Part shown: positions 14,499 to 27,577 of the stretch, piece by piece
Position numbering within the stretch: position 1 is the first letter of the stretch
Layout of the letters: the number at the start of each line of letters is the position of its first letter
Assembly (NCBI GenBank): GCA_951406725.2
Contig: OX597819.1
Location: 7,254,001-7,318,000, forward strand
Source of the DNA: Octopus vulgaris
Taxonomy: Eukaryota
DNA length: 64,000 nucleotides
Direction of reading: 5' to 3'
Notes under the pieces: generated by a model
What the model saw: the letters and a program-made list of their open reading frames with translations, nothing else
Database searches by the model: none
Told to the model about the DNA's origin: nothing
Translations under genes and position numbers: made by a program

Positions 14499-14890
14499 TA
14501 CTCTTTACTCTTTTACTTGTTTCAGTCATTTGACTGCGGCCATGCTGGAGCACCGCCTTTAGTCGAGCAAATCGACCCCGGGACTCATTCTTTTGTAAAC
14601 CCAGTACTTATTCCATCGATCTCTTTTGCCGAACCGCTAAGTGACGGGGACGTAAACACACCAGCATCGGTTGTCAAGCAATGCTAGGGGGACAAACACA
14701 CACATATATATATATACATATATACGAAAGGTTTCTTTCAGTTTCCATCTACCGAATCCACTCACAAGGCATTGGTCGGCCCGGGGCTAAAGCAGAAGAC
14801 ACTTGCCCAAGATGCCACGCAGTGGGACTGAACCCGGAACCATGTGGTTGGTTAGCAAGCTACTTACCACACAGCCACTCCTGCGCCTAT
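14499..14890 (-). mobile_element. SINE family B
   Basis: Full-length copy. Confidence 0.9.
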
Positions 14891-15886
14891 ATATAATCTT
14901 TGTCAGTGTCTCATTGCTTTTACACCTACTTTTCCATATTTGCATGGGTCAGATGGAATTTTGTTGAAGCAGATTTTCTGCTGCTCTTCCTATTGGCAGC
15001 TTTCACTTGTTTCCCAGTAAGGTAATATTTCCCCCACAACCAAACATGTTTTCATGGAAGTTTGGGAACAAAGGACAGTGCTTGCAAGACAGTGGCATTC
15101 ATTTACAGCTATCATGTGATACCAAGGCAAGGAGACAGTGACATATTTTTGAAATTCAGTCCAATGAAATGCAAATCGGTTCTAAATAAAGTCTCATCAC
15201 CACCATTTAATGTTTGTTTTTCATGCTGGCATGGGTTGGACATTTTGACAAGAGTGGACCAGCTGAAGGGCTGTTCAGGCTCCCTGTTTTGGCATGGTTT
15301 CTACAGCTGGATGCACTTCCTAATGCCAACCACTTTACAAAGTGTCCTGGGTACTTTTTATGTGGCCCCAAAACCTATGAGCCCACAAGATGAGAGATGC
15401 TCAGCTGGAGAGGGTTACAGGGGCAACCATGCTTTTACTTAGCTTGACATATTTTTTCAAGTACAAGAAACTGCCAGTAGTCTCAGTCTCCTGCCGTCCC
15501 CTCTGTGTTCCGATGTCAGTAGATCCATTCTCAACCCTCTACCATGAAACCCATTATGTTTATATTCATCATCATTTAGTGTCTGTTTTCCATGGTAGCA
15601 TGGGTAAGATGGTTTGAATGGAGCTGGGAAGCCAGGGAGCTGCACCAGGCTCAAGTCTCTTTTGGCTTGGTTTCTACGGCTGGATATCTTTCCTAATGCC
15701 AAACACTCCACAGAATGTATTAGGTACCTTTTACATGTCACCGGCACTGGCCACAACTACGATTTCACTTAGCTTGATGTGTCTTCTGAAGCAAAGCAAA
15801 TTGCTAAAAAGCTCAGTCATTTGTCATTGGTTCTGTGAGACTCATCATCCGAAGATCATGCTATCATTAATATTAATATCTATGTT

Positions 15887-16304
15887 AAGCTGTGAGTTGG
15901 CAGAATCGTTAGCCTGCTGGGTGAAATGTTTAGCGGTATTTCGTCAGCCGTAACGTTGTGAGTTCAAATTCCGCCGAGGTCGACTTTGCCTTTCATCCTT
16001 TCGGGGTCGATAAATTAAGTACCAGTTAAACACTGGGGTCGATATAATCGACTTAATACCTATGTCTGTCCATGTTTGTCGCCTCTATGTTTAGCCCCTT
16101 GTGGGTAATAAAGAAATAGGTATTTCGTCAGCCGCTCCATTCTGAGTTCAGATTTCGCCAAGGTCAACTTTACCTTTCATCCTTTTGGGGTTGATTAAAT
16201 AAGTACCAGATACACACTGGGGTCAATGTAATCGACTTAATCCCTTTGTCTGTCCATATTGTCGTCCACTCTATGTTTAGCCCCTTGTGGGCAATAAAGA
16301 AATA
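15887..16304 (+). mobile_element. SINE family D, head-to-tail dimer
   Basis: Degenerate tRNA-like head (B box GAGTTCAAATTCC) plus central GCCTTTCATCCTTTCGGGGTCGATAAATTAAGTACCAG, resembling the Meta/MESC-type domain; two units inside one 18-bp TSD AATATTAATATCTATGTT. Confidence 0.85.
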
Positions 16305-17053
16305 AATATTAATATCTATGTTCATAAAATGTATTTCCCATATGGTATTGAAATAATTGTAACTACAGAATTAAATCTAATACCATAGATCCCAGTCTTT
16401 GCTTTAATATATCCAAACTCTGCAACTAATATACTTTGACTAGGTATTTCAACTTGCATGGATAGGTTTCTCCTCAAAGATAAAACATCTACATACATAT
16501 AACTGGGATTCACAGAAGTGCTTCATAATGACACAGCTTAGGTTTTAATCGCTAGTATTTACTATATATATGTTTGTGTGTGTGTGTGAGAGAGAGGGAG
16601 AGAAAGGTCATTGGCAAGGACAAAGAAAAGAATACTAAATGCCATACAAGGCAAAATTTTTATTGAAATTGTCTTTGTTTTATGAGAAAGTAAACAACTG
16701 CCTAGTGGGAATTGCAGCTTGCTTTGAAAAAGAAGGGGAGATAATCTCACATAATCAAACCAACAATTCTCCAAAATTCACATGCCATCAAAGGGAAAGG
16801 AAATCTGTTTTTTTTTTCAAGCAGTAAAGCATATGTGAACATGTTTCTGACTCAAATAAGCATCATCACAGTGTTGGTAGAGGTTCTTAATAATATAAGT
16901 TAGTTAATTCTCTAAAAAAAAAAGTGGGCCCCATATACTTCCCAAGAATGGAGGACTTCAGATTGTTTAATAGGGCATTATAAGGGAAGGCATTCCTATG
17001 AAGATCTTGGATTCAATGTCATTCTTTTGAAACCTTGTTTTTATCCTCTTTAA

Positions 17054-19330
17054 TAGTGGTTCTCAAACTTTTTTTATTCTTTCTTTTATTCTTTTACTTG
17101 TTTCAGTCATTTGACTGCGGCCATGCTGGAGCACCGCCTTTAGTCAAGCAAATCGACCCCGGGACTTATTCTTTGTAAGCCCAGTACTTATTCTATTGGT
17201 CTCTTTTGCCGAACCGTTGAGTAACGGGGACATAAACACACCAGCATCGGTTGTCAAGCAATGCTAGGGGGACAAACACAGACACACAAACACACACACG
17301 CATACATATATATATACATATATATGATGGGCTTCTTTCAGTTTCCGTCTACCAAATTCACTCACAAGGCTGTGGTTGGCCCGAGGCTATAGTAGAAGAC
17401 ACTTGCCCAAGGTGCCACGCAGTGGGACTGAACCCGGAACCATGTGGTTGGCAGACAAGCTACTTACCACACAGCCACTCCTGCGCCTATTTATTTTGCC
17501 TGGGTTATTTTCATAATGGAGTTTTACAAATTTAATAGCAATAAAAATGTTGATTTTAAAACTCAAATAAAAATAGTTTTTTTGTTATACATATGTTCAT
17601 AACTAATTACTTTAAAGACTGAAGTTACTGTAGCACACTTCTATAAAGAAAATATTTGATACAATGCCAGGCTATTGTAATTTATTTTATTCTGATGAAG
17701 ATTACGGTCAATGAGAAAAATGATTTTTTTTTTGTTTTTCTTGTGACTGTTTTTTTTTATTTACCAAATTCTTGGATACATAGATGAGTGCTAGAAAGGG
17801 ACATTATAGGAAATTCTTAACTTCTAGTCTTCTTCATTGCTTCATTTTCATTTACAACAAAGTTGAAAAGCTTATCTCAATGATGGTACAAATGGAATTA
17901 TGGCATAAATAGCTATTTCTGTCAATTTTGGACAGCGCTCACAGAGCAAGAATTTTGTGATCATTTTCTTAATGAACATGAATTATTGTTTCTAAATTAC
18001 TCTTCAGCTCTAGACATTTATATCAGCAATCATCAAGAACTTTTAAAAAGTGAACTTAAATGGGTTTTACATTTAATTAAATTCAACTAATCACTGAATT
18101 CATTTGTTAGTGTCGTCAAAGACTGCAAAATGTTATCTGTACAAATATAGGAGGGCATAATCTTCACCACTAGCAACAAGAATTGGTAACAGTTTCTGAA
18201 ACATTACATTTTCCATTTTGCTCATGAAAGCTTTCAAAGAATTTAATGGTGTCTGTATTCATGTCTTGCACTTGAAGCTTCAATTTTTTTCAGTTGTTCA
18301 AAAACATCAACCAGATAGGAAGGCACGTGATCCATTCTTTCTCATTCAGTGAGACAAAAATTCTTTCTTACCCTGAAATTAAAAAAATAATTCAAGTTCA
18401 TCTCTAAGCTCAAATAGGTACATTCCATTTGGAAAGCCACCAAACATTTGTATGTAAAAGAAGCATGTGACAAACTGCATAAAGTAAGCTCCTCATTTTG
18501 ACAAATTCACAATTTGAATTCCATGGTCCAAAATCTTTCCAAGTGAAGCTTCAAGTGTTTTTAAGGCCTAACAATGGGTCATTGAATGATTGTCTTTCAT
18601 TTTGGGTGGGGTTTTTTTCCTACTAATTTGAAATTTAGATTTTGCTCCCCACATTGCTAGTACTCCATTTGTTCAACACACAGAGGCACAACCAGAGTCA
18701 AACATGCAAAAAAAAAAAAAAAAGGAACCGTGACACATACCAAACAATTTTTAACTAATTTCTCTTAGTTATAATATACGTAATTGTGTTCTATATTCAT
18801 TAATTTTAGGTTTCGGTAACAATGGCATTTTGTATGAAACTTACAACTCAGCATAACGTGAAAAAGATTAAACTCCACGGGGTCGTTCAATGACGTCAGG
18901 GTTTGTGCTGGTTCTTCAAATGTCAGTAGCCACCAACACATCACAGGAGATTGAGCACAGTTCAAATAAAGTTTTCCAGAAAGTTCTTCCAAGGCCACAC
19001 CATTAACAGAAAAAAAAAAAAAGAAAGAGATTCGACTTCTATCGCACAAGAGACTAGAGTTTAAAAAATTAGCTGCCCCACTGACAACATCCACAGACAT
19101 TGTCTTACAAAAGATTTTCTGATTCGATGTAAGATGAAATCTTTTCCAAACTATATAAAGCCTTGGTATTGCTTTAAGTGCAGAACAAACGAGAAATTTA
19201 TCTTTGAGTGAACCTGAGAATAAATATCCTGTAAACACCAGAGTCATTGTATGAAGTGAAGTTGAAATCAAATACTGCTGTCTTTGATCTGTACTTGATC
19301 CTTGACGTCAATGGGTCTTGTCACTGGTCT
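17054..19330 (-). mobile_element. Decayed hAT transposon, Buster/Charlie/SPIN (ZBED5/FAM200-like) group
   Basis: Minus strand in order: DVKDQV..QIKDSS, LVFTGYLFSGSLKDKFLVCSAL, NEKEWITCL/YLVDVFEQL/LKLQVQDMNTD, CPKLTEIAIYAIIPF..EISFSTLL*MKMKQ*RRL (dimerisation domain); TIR-like TAGTGGTTCTCAAA at 17054. A possible opposite end GTTAAGAACC lies near 20446. Confidence 0.82.
17088..17490 (-). mobile_element. SINE family B inserted just inside a hAT terminus
   Basis: Full-length copy ~35 bp after TAGTGGTTCTCAAA. Confidence 0.88.
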
Positions 19331-19517
19331 TCCATGCTGGCGAAAGAATTATGAAAATGTACAATGTTATACATGAGTAAGCACAAAAACAAGCATCTTA
19401 AAAAAAAAATAATAAACAGTTGAGATTACTTACTCTGCTACGTCATCAGCCTGAAAACAGTAACGGTTGAGTGAACTTTTATGCGGAGAAGAAAAGTCAG
19501 TAGTAACTCAATAACTA

Positions 19518-19664
19518 GTTCAAATTCCGCCGAGGTCGACTTTGCCTTTCATCCTTTCGGGGTCGATAAATTAAGTACCAGTTACGCACTGGGGTCGATG
19601 TAATCGTCTTAATCCATTTGTCTGTTCTCTCTGTGTTTAGCCCCTTGTGAGTAGTAAAGAAATA
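19518..19664 (+). mobile_element. SINE family D, 5'-truncated
   Basis: 16-bp TSD AGTAACTCAATAACTA at 19502-19517 and 19665-19680. Confidence 0.88.
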
Positions 19665-20510
19665 AGTAACTCAATAACTAATATTATTTTAGTCCTTTCA
19701 GAATACCTTTAAAATTGAGCAACATGTTACACAACTATACATAGTTTTGTCTCAAGAATATGTATTATGAAAAGCGTTCCAGTCATGATTTTCCCATCTT
19801 TTCATATACTAGGACTATATTTGGCAACGTGCTCTTACTAACGATCTAGCTACTATTTCTTGCAGATCGAACGATCACCCATTCATTCGTTTATAAATCA
19901 AAATAATTAAGTGACATAGCTAGGCTGGATAGGATATTGCGCAACCAGCTCAAAGGTCTTCTGTTTGAATTAATTTATTCGTTTTGTTATGTATATAATC
20001 AGCATACAGCCCTCTAAGCAGGCCAGAAACAGGCTGCCTATCAGCTGTTCAGAAACCAGTTCAGAAACCGGAAAAACCAGAGTGAAGCATTGATCTATAG
20101 CAATAGTTTTGGCAACTCAACATCTTTCACAGAATGAAGTTTTATAAACGCTTCCTCTCATATTTTTCTGATACTATCCTATCAAGGTATTTGAAAGGAC
20201 TCGTGCCTCCTATGTTAAATTTGTACGGAAATTACCGAAGGTGAATAGTTATATAATGAAATTATATCAGATCTTGGTGCATCAATCATGTTTCTCCTCA
20301 CTGATAGCAGGTCCTGTTCATATTTTAATTCTGATAAAGTATTTTTTTTAAATATTAGTATTTGGTTTAAATACTTTATTTCTCACAAAACTCCTCTGAA
20401 CACCCGACGCCCCTGAGCAATCCGTTTGACATTTACCGCCCAGTGTTAAGAACCTGTCAACGTCCCCAAAGTCCCCTTTGGGGGCGGGGCAAGCAATCAT
20501 AATAGTGGAA

Positions 20511-20527
20511 AGATAGATAGATAGATG

Positions 20528-20594
<67 letters not shown>

Positions 20595-20610
20595 GGATAG
20601 GTAGATAGAG
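20511..20610. repeat. (GATA)n microsatellite
   Basis: Direct reading. Confidence 0.95.
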
Positions 20611-21972
20611 AGGGGGAGAGTAAGAGCATTTAAACTGTCAGGTGAAGGCAAACCAGAAACATCAGCCGGCAGAATAGAAGAAAAGAGAGTGGAATAGCGG
20701 GAAACAGGAAATAAAAACGAAACAAACAAGTTGATAAATCATATAAATAAATGTAACTGGAAATGTTTTTAGTTCATCACTGGATGGATCAATTCCTTAA
20801 TAATGTAAATGAATACCAGGAAACAATGAGAGTTTAGGGTGACTATCAGTGTCTGATTCCTCAACTCTTCTTCTTCCATTCTCTCTGCAAAATACACCCC
20901 TTCAAGTGTTTGTGTGATTGCAACTCGGCTTGATGTCATTCGATACCGACTGACATCTCAGCAGAACGTGTTCGATCACATTGCAGATGTCATTAGATCG
21001 GATTTATGTCATTACGAATTTTCAAGAAAACCAAAAGTTGAGTTAGTTTGGATAATAGAACACGGAACTGTATTATGTTTTATAGTATCCAGTTCAATAT
21101 CTGGGTTCAAATCACGATGGGATGAATGACTTTCTCTTTTATTCTTCAGAGGGTTCATGAAATAAATACCAGTCGTACATAAGGGCTCACTAAATAAGGC
21201 GTATATGCCCCGCTTAAAACATGTTTTGAGCTCAGGGGTAAGAAGTAAATTTTATTTGCTCATTTTGACCTGTCAATCATTAATGTAAAAAGTAAACGAA
21301 AGTGAAATAAAATATGAAATTATTTAAGCGTATCAAAAACATCTATATTTATTACATAATTTTTTTTTCTTTCGCATAAATTAAAATATAAAATAAACAC
21401 ATAGTAATATAGATGAAATTATTAAATTTAAAGTTTAAGTTAAAGAAACACAAATAACAAATACAAGTTTCATTCCATTCGCTAGGTTTTACTATCACTT
21501 TTATAAAAGTGCCCTGCGTCAAACATTGATTTCAGTAAGCAAAAGTAAAGCCAATACCCTACCCTACAAAATATTTGAATAGGTACAATTGCTAGGGTGT
21601 CGGAAAAAAATTACTAGCGGCATTTATGACCCTAAACGTTCTGAGTTCAAATCCTATGATCTTAGTAAAATGGGGCATATTGGATAATCTTGGACGTACT
21701 GTAACTGGGATGAAGAAGCAAATATAAAAGATGGGATGATAATGGCTAGGCCTGGTCAATACAGATGATGTAATGCCTAACAACTATATAGATTACTTTT
21801 ATTTAACGCATTAAAAGTAAATTGTAATGAACTTTTACCCTAATCTTTAGAACAGGGTGATGTAGTTCTTATGTTGCTTATTTTACTTATAGGCAAGAGC
21901 AGCTTAACACAAATATACACACATTCGTCAGTGTATATATGAATGAACGTATGAATATATATGTATATGTAT

Positions 21973-22290
21973 AAGAAATTAAAATGAGAAGGGAATAAGA
22001 AATAATGACGTGAACTTCATTAGCTTATAGCTATTTAGGATCTTTTCGGCCGGTCAAACCGAAAAGATCCGCTATTTATGCTATAAGGTACAATGTTGAG
22101 TGCTTGTGTATATAAAATATGTACAAATGTAAATGCTTTTCGAAATATAATTGCACTTATCTTTGAAACGCCGATGAAGTTATACGGTGATGCACAAACA
22201 CTTAACTATAAGCGCATTGCACCCTATAGCAGAAACAGCTGTGAGCTAATGAAGTTCACAATATTTATTCCCTTGTCATTTTAATTTCTT
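21973..22290. repeat. Imperfect inverted repeat (Penelope pLTR-like) with decayed hammerhead
   Basis: 21973-22095 versus 22215-22290 are inverted; CCGATGA...GAAACAGCTGT at 22171-22242. Confidence 0.6.
22038..22070. mobile_element. 33-bp mini DNA-transposon derivative
   Basis: 12-bp perfect TIR GGATCTTTTCGG / CCGAAAAGATCC; 8-bp TSD GCTATTTA. Confidence 0.8.
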
Positions 22291-22769
22291 GTCACTGTTC
22301 TGTACCCGACTGACGGTTCGTTCGGAAGCATATGTATATTGAATTCTACCACCAGGTTATTAGCACCGTTATGCCTAAGCGAAATAAAATGTGTGTGTGT
22401 GTGTGTGTGTGTACAGACACTCATACATCTCAGTAAGTTGAAATAGGATAGCATAAATTTATTTTAGTTTAACAAGAAAATAATCGAATAAATAAAATGT
22501 TAGCAGAAACGGCCAGTAGATGCAAACATTTTCATAAAACCACGTGCAATAAGAATAAACACTTCCTATCCTGCATCGCGTATCTATGCACGCACATATA
22601 TACATATAAAGCGCAGAAGATAGTGTCACTGATGTTCATGTGCGCAGCATTTTACATGAAAATGCATTTAACATGAATTTTCGATGTTGAATGAGAAGTA
22701 ATACACTGAACTCTGATATTTATGTTTACCATCGCCACTTCTCATCAAGCTGTATGTGTGTGTGTCTGT

Positions 22770-22929
22770 ATAGGAGTGGCTGTGTGGTAAGTAGCTTGCT
22801 TACCAACCACATGGTTCCGGGTTCAGTCCCACTGCGTGGCACCTTGGGCAGGTGTCTTCTACTATAGCTTCGGGCCGACCAAAGCCTTGTGAGTGGATTT
22901 GGTAGACGGAAACTGAAAGAAGCCCGTCG

Positions 22930-22978
<49 letters not shown>

Positions 22979-23186
22979 TTGTGTGTCTGTGTTTGTCCCC
23001 CATAGCATTGTTTGACAACCGATGCTGGTGTGTTTATGTCCCCGTTACTTAGCGGTTCGGCAAAAGAGACCGATAGAATAAGTATTGGGCTTACAAAAGA
23101 ATAAGTCCCGGGGGTCGAGTTGCTCGATTAAAGGCGGTGCTCCAGCATGGCCGCAGTCAAATGACTGAAACAAGGAAAAAGAAAAA

Positions 23187-23188
<2 letters not shown>
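22770..23188 (+). mobile_element. SINE family B
   Basis: Near full-length copy. Confidence 0.9.
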
Positions 23189-23229
<41 letters not shown>

Positions 23230-23628
23230 TATATTAAGTTCTGAGTTCAAATCCCTTGCTTTTAATCTTTCCAGAGGTAATAAAATAAAGTATCTGTCAA
23301 ATAATTGATTTAATATAGAATTAAAACTATCTCAATGGAATTATAATGGAGCAAAAGAAAAAAAATAGGATTACACGAGCTAACATTGGAGGCCTGGCGT
23401 GGTCGCTTATCTTCTAAAAATAGCAGTCAATTTCTTGGAATTAGCTTCCCATCCGAGAAAAAGATAAACCTCTCTCTTCCTGTATATATACATAGACACA
23501 TATACACACATTTGTATATATGTATGTATGTAGGTGTGCTTGTGTAAACAAGGAAGCGAAAACTGAAAATAATGATATAAATTATTGCACATTAAAACTT
23601 CAATCGATACTCTCCTGATCTTCGGACG

Positions 23629-24877
<1,249 letters not shown>

Positions 24878-24878
<1 letters not shown>

Positions 24879-25097
24879 GGCAGAATCGTTAGCACGCCGG
24901 GCGAAATGCGTAGCCGTATTTCGTCTGCCGTTACGTTCTGCGTTCAAATTCCGCCGAGGTCGACTTTGCCATTCATCCTTTCGGGGTCGATAAATTAAGT
25001 ACCAGTTACGCACTGGGGTCGATGTAATCGACTTAATCCCTTTGTCTGTCCTTGTTTGTCCTCTCTGTGTTTAGCCCCTTGTGGGTAGTAAAGAAAT
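24878..25097 (+). mobile_element. SINE family D
   Basis: Near full-length copy inserted in (TA)n. Confidence 0.88.
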
Positions 25098-25415
25098 ATA
25101 TATATATATGTATGTTTGTGTGTACGTGTATATAATAGATTTGTTACAACTGCTGTGCGTTGGTCTCCTGACTCAATGGTGACCTAGGGTTAAACGGCAC
25201 AAACACTTTATCAAACTATTTGATAGTCAAATCTTTGCCCTCTTCTTTCTCTTAAATAAAAGCTTTTTTTTTTGTTTTCATAAAACATTCAATAAATTTA
25301 AAAATCGCTTTTGACATTATTTATCTCCATTTAGCTTTCAATAACGAAAAACAGAAAAAATAACGAATACATTCTATAGTCACAGGTTAGTCCTGATTCA
25401 ACAAACCTATGAGCA

Positions 25416-26394
25416 AAAAGCGTTCCAGCTTTGACCATCCCGTATTTTGTATATTAGGGACAACTATGCAATCTGTCCTTCTGTATTAAAAGAAGTCTGA
25501 GTGTGATTGAGGGAGAATCGGCTGCTATTTCTAGCAAGGCGAGCATGCCTTGTCTGAAAAGGCATGTAGATATGGGATCAAAAGCGTTCCAGCTTTGACC
25601 ATCCTGTATTTTGTATATTAGGGACAGCTATGCAATCTGTCCTTCTGTATTAAAAGAAGTCTGAGTGTGATTTAGGGAGAATCGGCTGCTATTTCTAGCA
25701 AGGCGAGCGTGCCTTGTCTGAAAAGGCATGTAGATATGGGATCAAAAGCGTTCCAGCTTTGACCATCCCGTATTTTGTATATTAGGGACAGCTATGCAAT
25801 CTGTCCTTCTGCATTAAAAGAAGTCTGGGTGTGATTTAGGGAGAATCGGCTGCTATTTCTAGCAAGGCGAGCGTGCCTTGACTGAAAAGGCATGTAGATA
25901 TGGGATCAAAAGCGTTCCAGCTTTGACCATCCCGTATTTTGTATATTAGGGACAGCTATGCAATCTGTCCTTCTGCATTAAAAGAAGTCTGAGTGTGATT
26001 TAGGGAGAATCGGCTGCTATTTCTAGCAAGGCGAGCGTGCCTTGTCTGAAAAGGCATGTAGATATGGGATCAAAAGCGTTCCAGCTTTGACCATCCCGTA
26101 TTTTGTATATTAGGGACAGCTATGTAATCTGTCCTTCTGCATTAAAAGAAGTCTGGGTGTGATTTAGGGAGAATCGGCTGCTATTTCTAGCAAGGCGAGC
26201 GTGCCTTGTCTGAAAAGGCATGTAGATATGGGATCAAAAGCGTTCCAGCTTTGACCATCCCGTATTTTGTATATTAGGGACAGCTATGCAATCTGTCCTT
26301 CTGTATTAAAAGAAGTCTGAGTGTGATTTAGGGAGAATCGGCTGCTATTTCTAGCAAGGCGAGCGTGCCTTGTCTGAAAAGGCATGTAGATATG
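25416..26394. repeat. Tandem array, 6 x 164 bp
   Basis: CGTTCCAGCTTTGACC at 25421, 25585, 25749, 25913, 26077, 26241; only a few substitutions between copies. Confidence 0.95.
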
Positions 26395-26895
26395 TTATTG
26401 TTTTGCCCCAGGGCAGCTCTAATGAAACAGAAACAAACCTGTGACCAAAGCGTTCCAATCATGGCTACCATATCTTATATTCACATCATACTATATATAT
26501 CCAGGGCTACATACATCATGTATTCTTGAAGATGATATATAATGTGGATTCAGGGAAATTTGGCTGTTATTTTTAGCAGGTCGATCGATAACATAAGAGG
26601 GTTCGTTCCCTCATATATATATATATATGGAGGCAGAGTTTCGCCTTCGCCTCCTTCGGCCATCCCCCTCTGTTCTTTGAGAGTCTACGAAACCGGACAT
26701 ATTTCGGATTTCGGATCGGAATGGAACGCATTGTTTAGGGCGGGAGTTGGAAAGGGGGGGGGGAGAGAATAGTCTGAAAAAAAAAAAAAAAAAAAAATGA
26801 CCAATAACAAATACGCAACTAAGCGGATAGTGAATAAATTGAAATATAAAAGGGATATATACGTATTTATATATTTCTAAATATATATATAAAGC

Positions 26896-27351
26896 CGATC
26901 TTTCGTCTCTAGTAGACCTTTCCGTCGATTTCCGTAAAAAAATTTTTTTTTTTTTACATATGGGCTTGCGGGAACTTTTGAAGTAATGAGAGCGAAAGAG
27001 ACTAAGAGAAAGCGATTTTATGACGAGGGAAGTTCTTTTGAAGTTACCGTGCATGGAAAGCGATTGATGTACATGTGTGTGTGTGTGTGTGTTTGATGGG
27101 GTGTGGGAGACAGACAGTATGTTGTGTAAGTGAAGTGCTTCTGTTAGTGTGTGTGAAGAGACAGAGTAATGTGTGAAAGAAAGAGATAACTGAAATTTTT
27201 TACTCGGTGTATGTGTATGTGTATATGTATGTATGTGTGTGTGTGTATGTATGTATATTACTTCAAAAGTTCCCGCAAGCCCATATGTAAAAAAAAAAAT
27301 AAAATTTTTTTACGGAAATCGACGGAAAGGTCTACTAGAAACGAAAGATCG
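26896..27351. mobile_element. Foldback/MITE-like element with ~92-bp inverted arms upstream of UBE2N
   Basis: 26896-26987 is the reverse complement of 27257-27351; 269-bp spacer. Confidence 0.75.
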
Positions 27352-27419
27352 CCAAGGGGGATATATACGTATTTATATATTATTTTTAAATATATATAAA
27401 AATAGAATGGAGTGTGTGT

Positions 27420-27577
27420 TTTTTCTCTTTTTGTTTCGTTCCGGAGGTGTTGCTAGCTCTGTATGCTGGCTGTGCGCCATCTTAAAGTAAGTAAGGTGCT
27501 TGGAGAGAGAGTCAGAGCAACTGATTATTCGAAAGACGAGGCCTTTTCTCCCCCTTTTTTTACATTATTTCTGATCA
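27420..27577 (+). promoter_or_regulatory. Putative UBE2N core promoter / 5' UTR
   Basis: ETS-like TTCCGG (27439-27444) and YY1-type GCGCCATCTT (27474-27483) just upstream of the ATG; locally elevated CpG; no obvious TATA box, as in housekeeping promoters. Confidence 0.55.

Noticed and set aside
18355-18390. Minus-strand TTTCAG|G|GTAAG recursive splice site
   Set aside because: Falls within decayed hAT coding sequence (FQGKKEF), so it is most likely coincidental.
18765-19271. Host gene (ZBED/FAM200-like domesticated transposase)
   Set aside because: Multiple frameshifts, stops and deletions across the transposase; it is a fossil.
25416-26394. CRISPR-like array
   Set aside because: Units are contiguous 164-bp near-identical repeats with no unique spacers; eukaryotic context and no cas genes.
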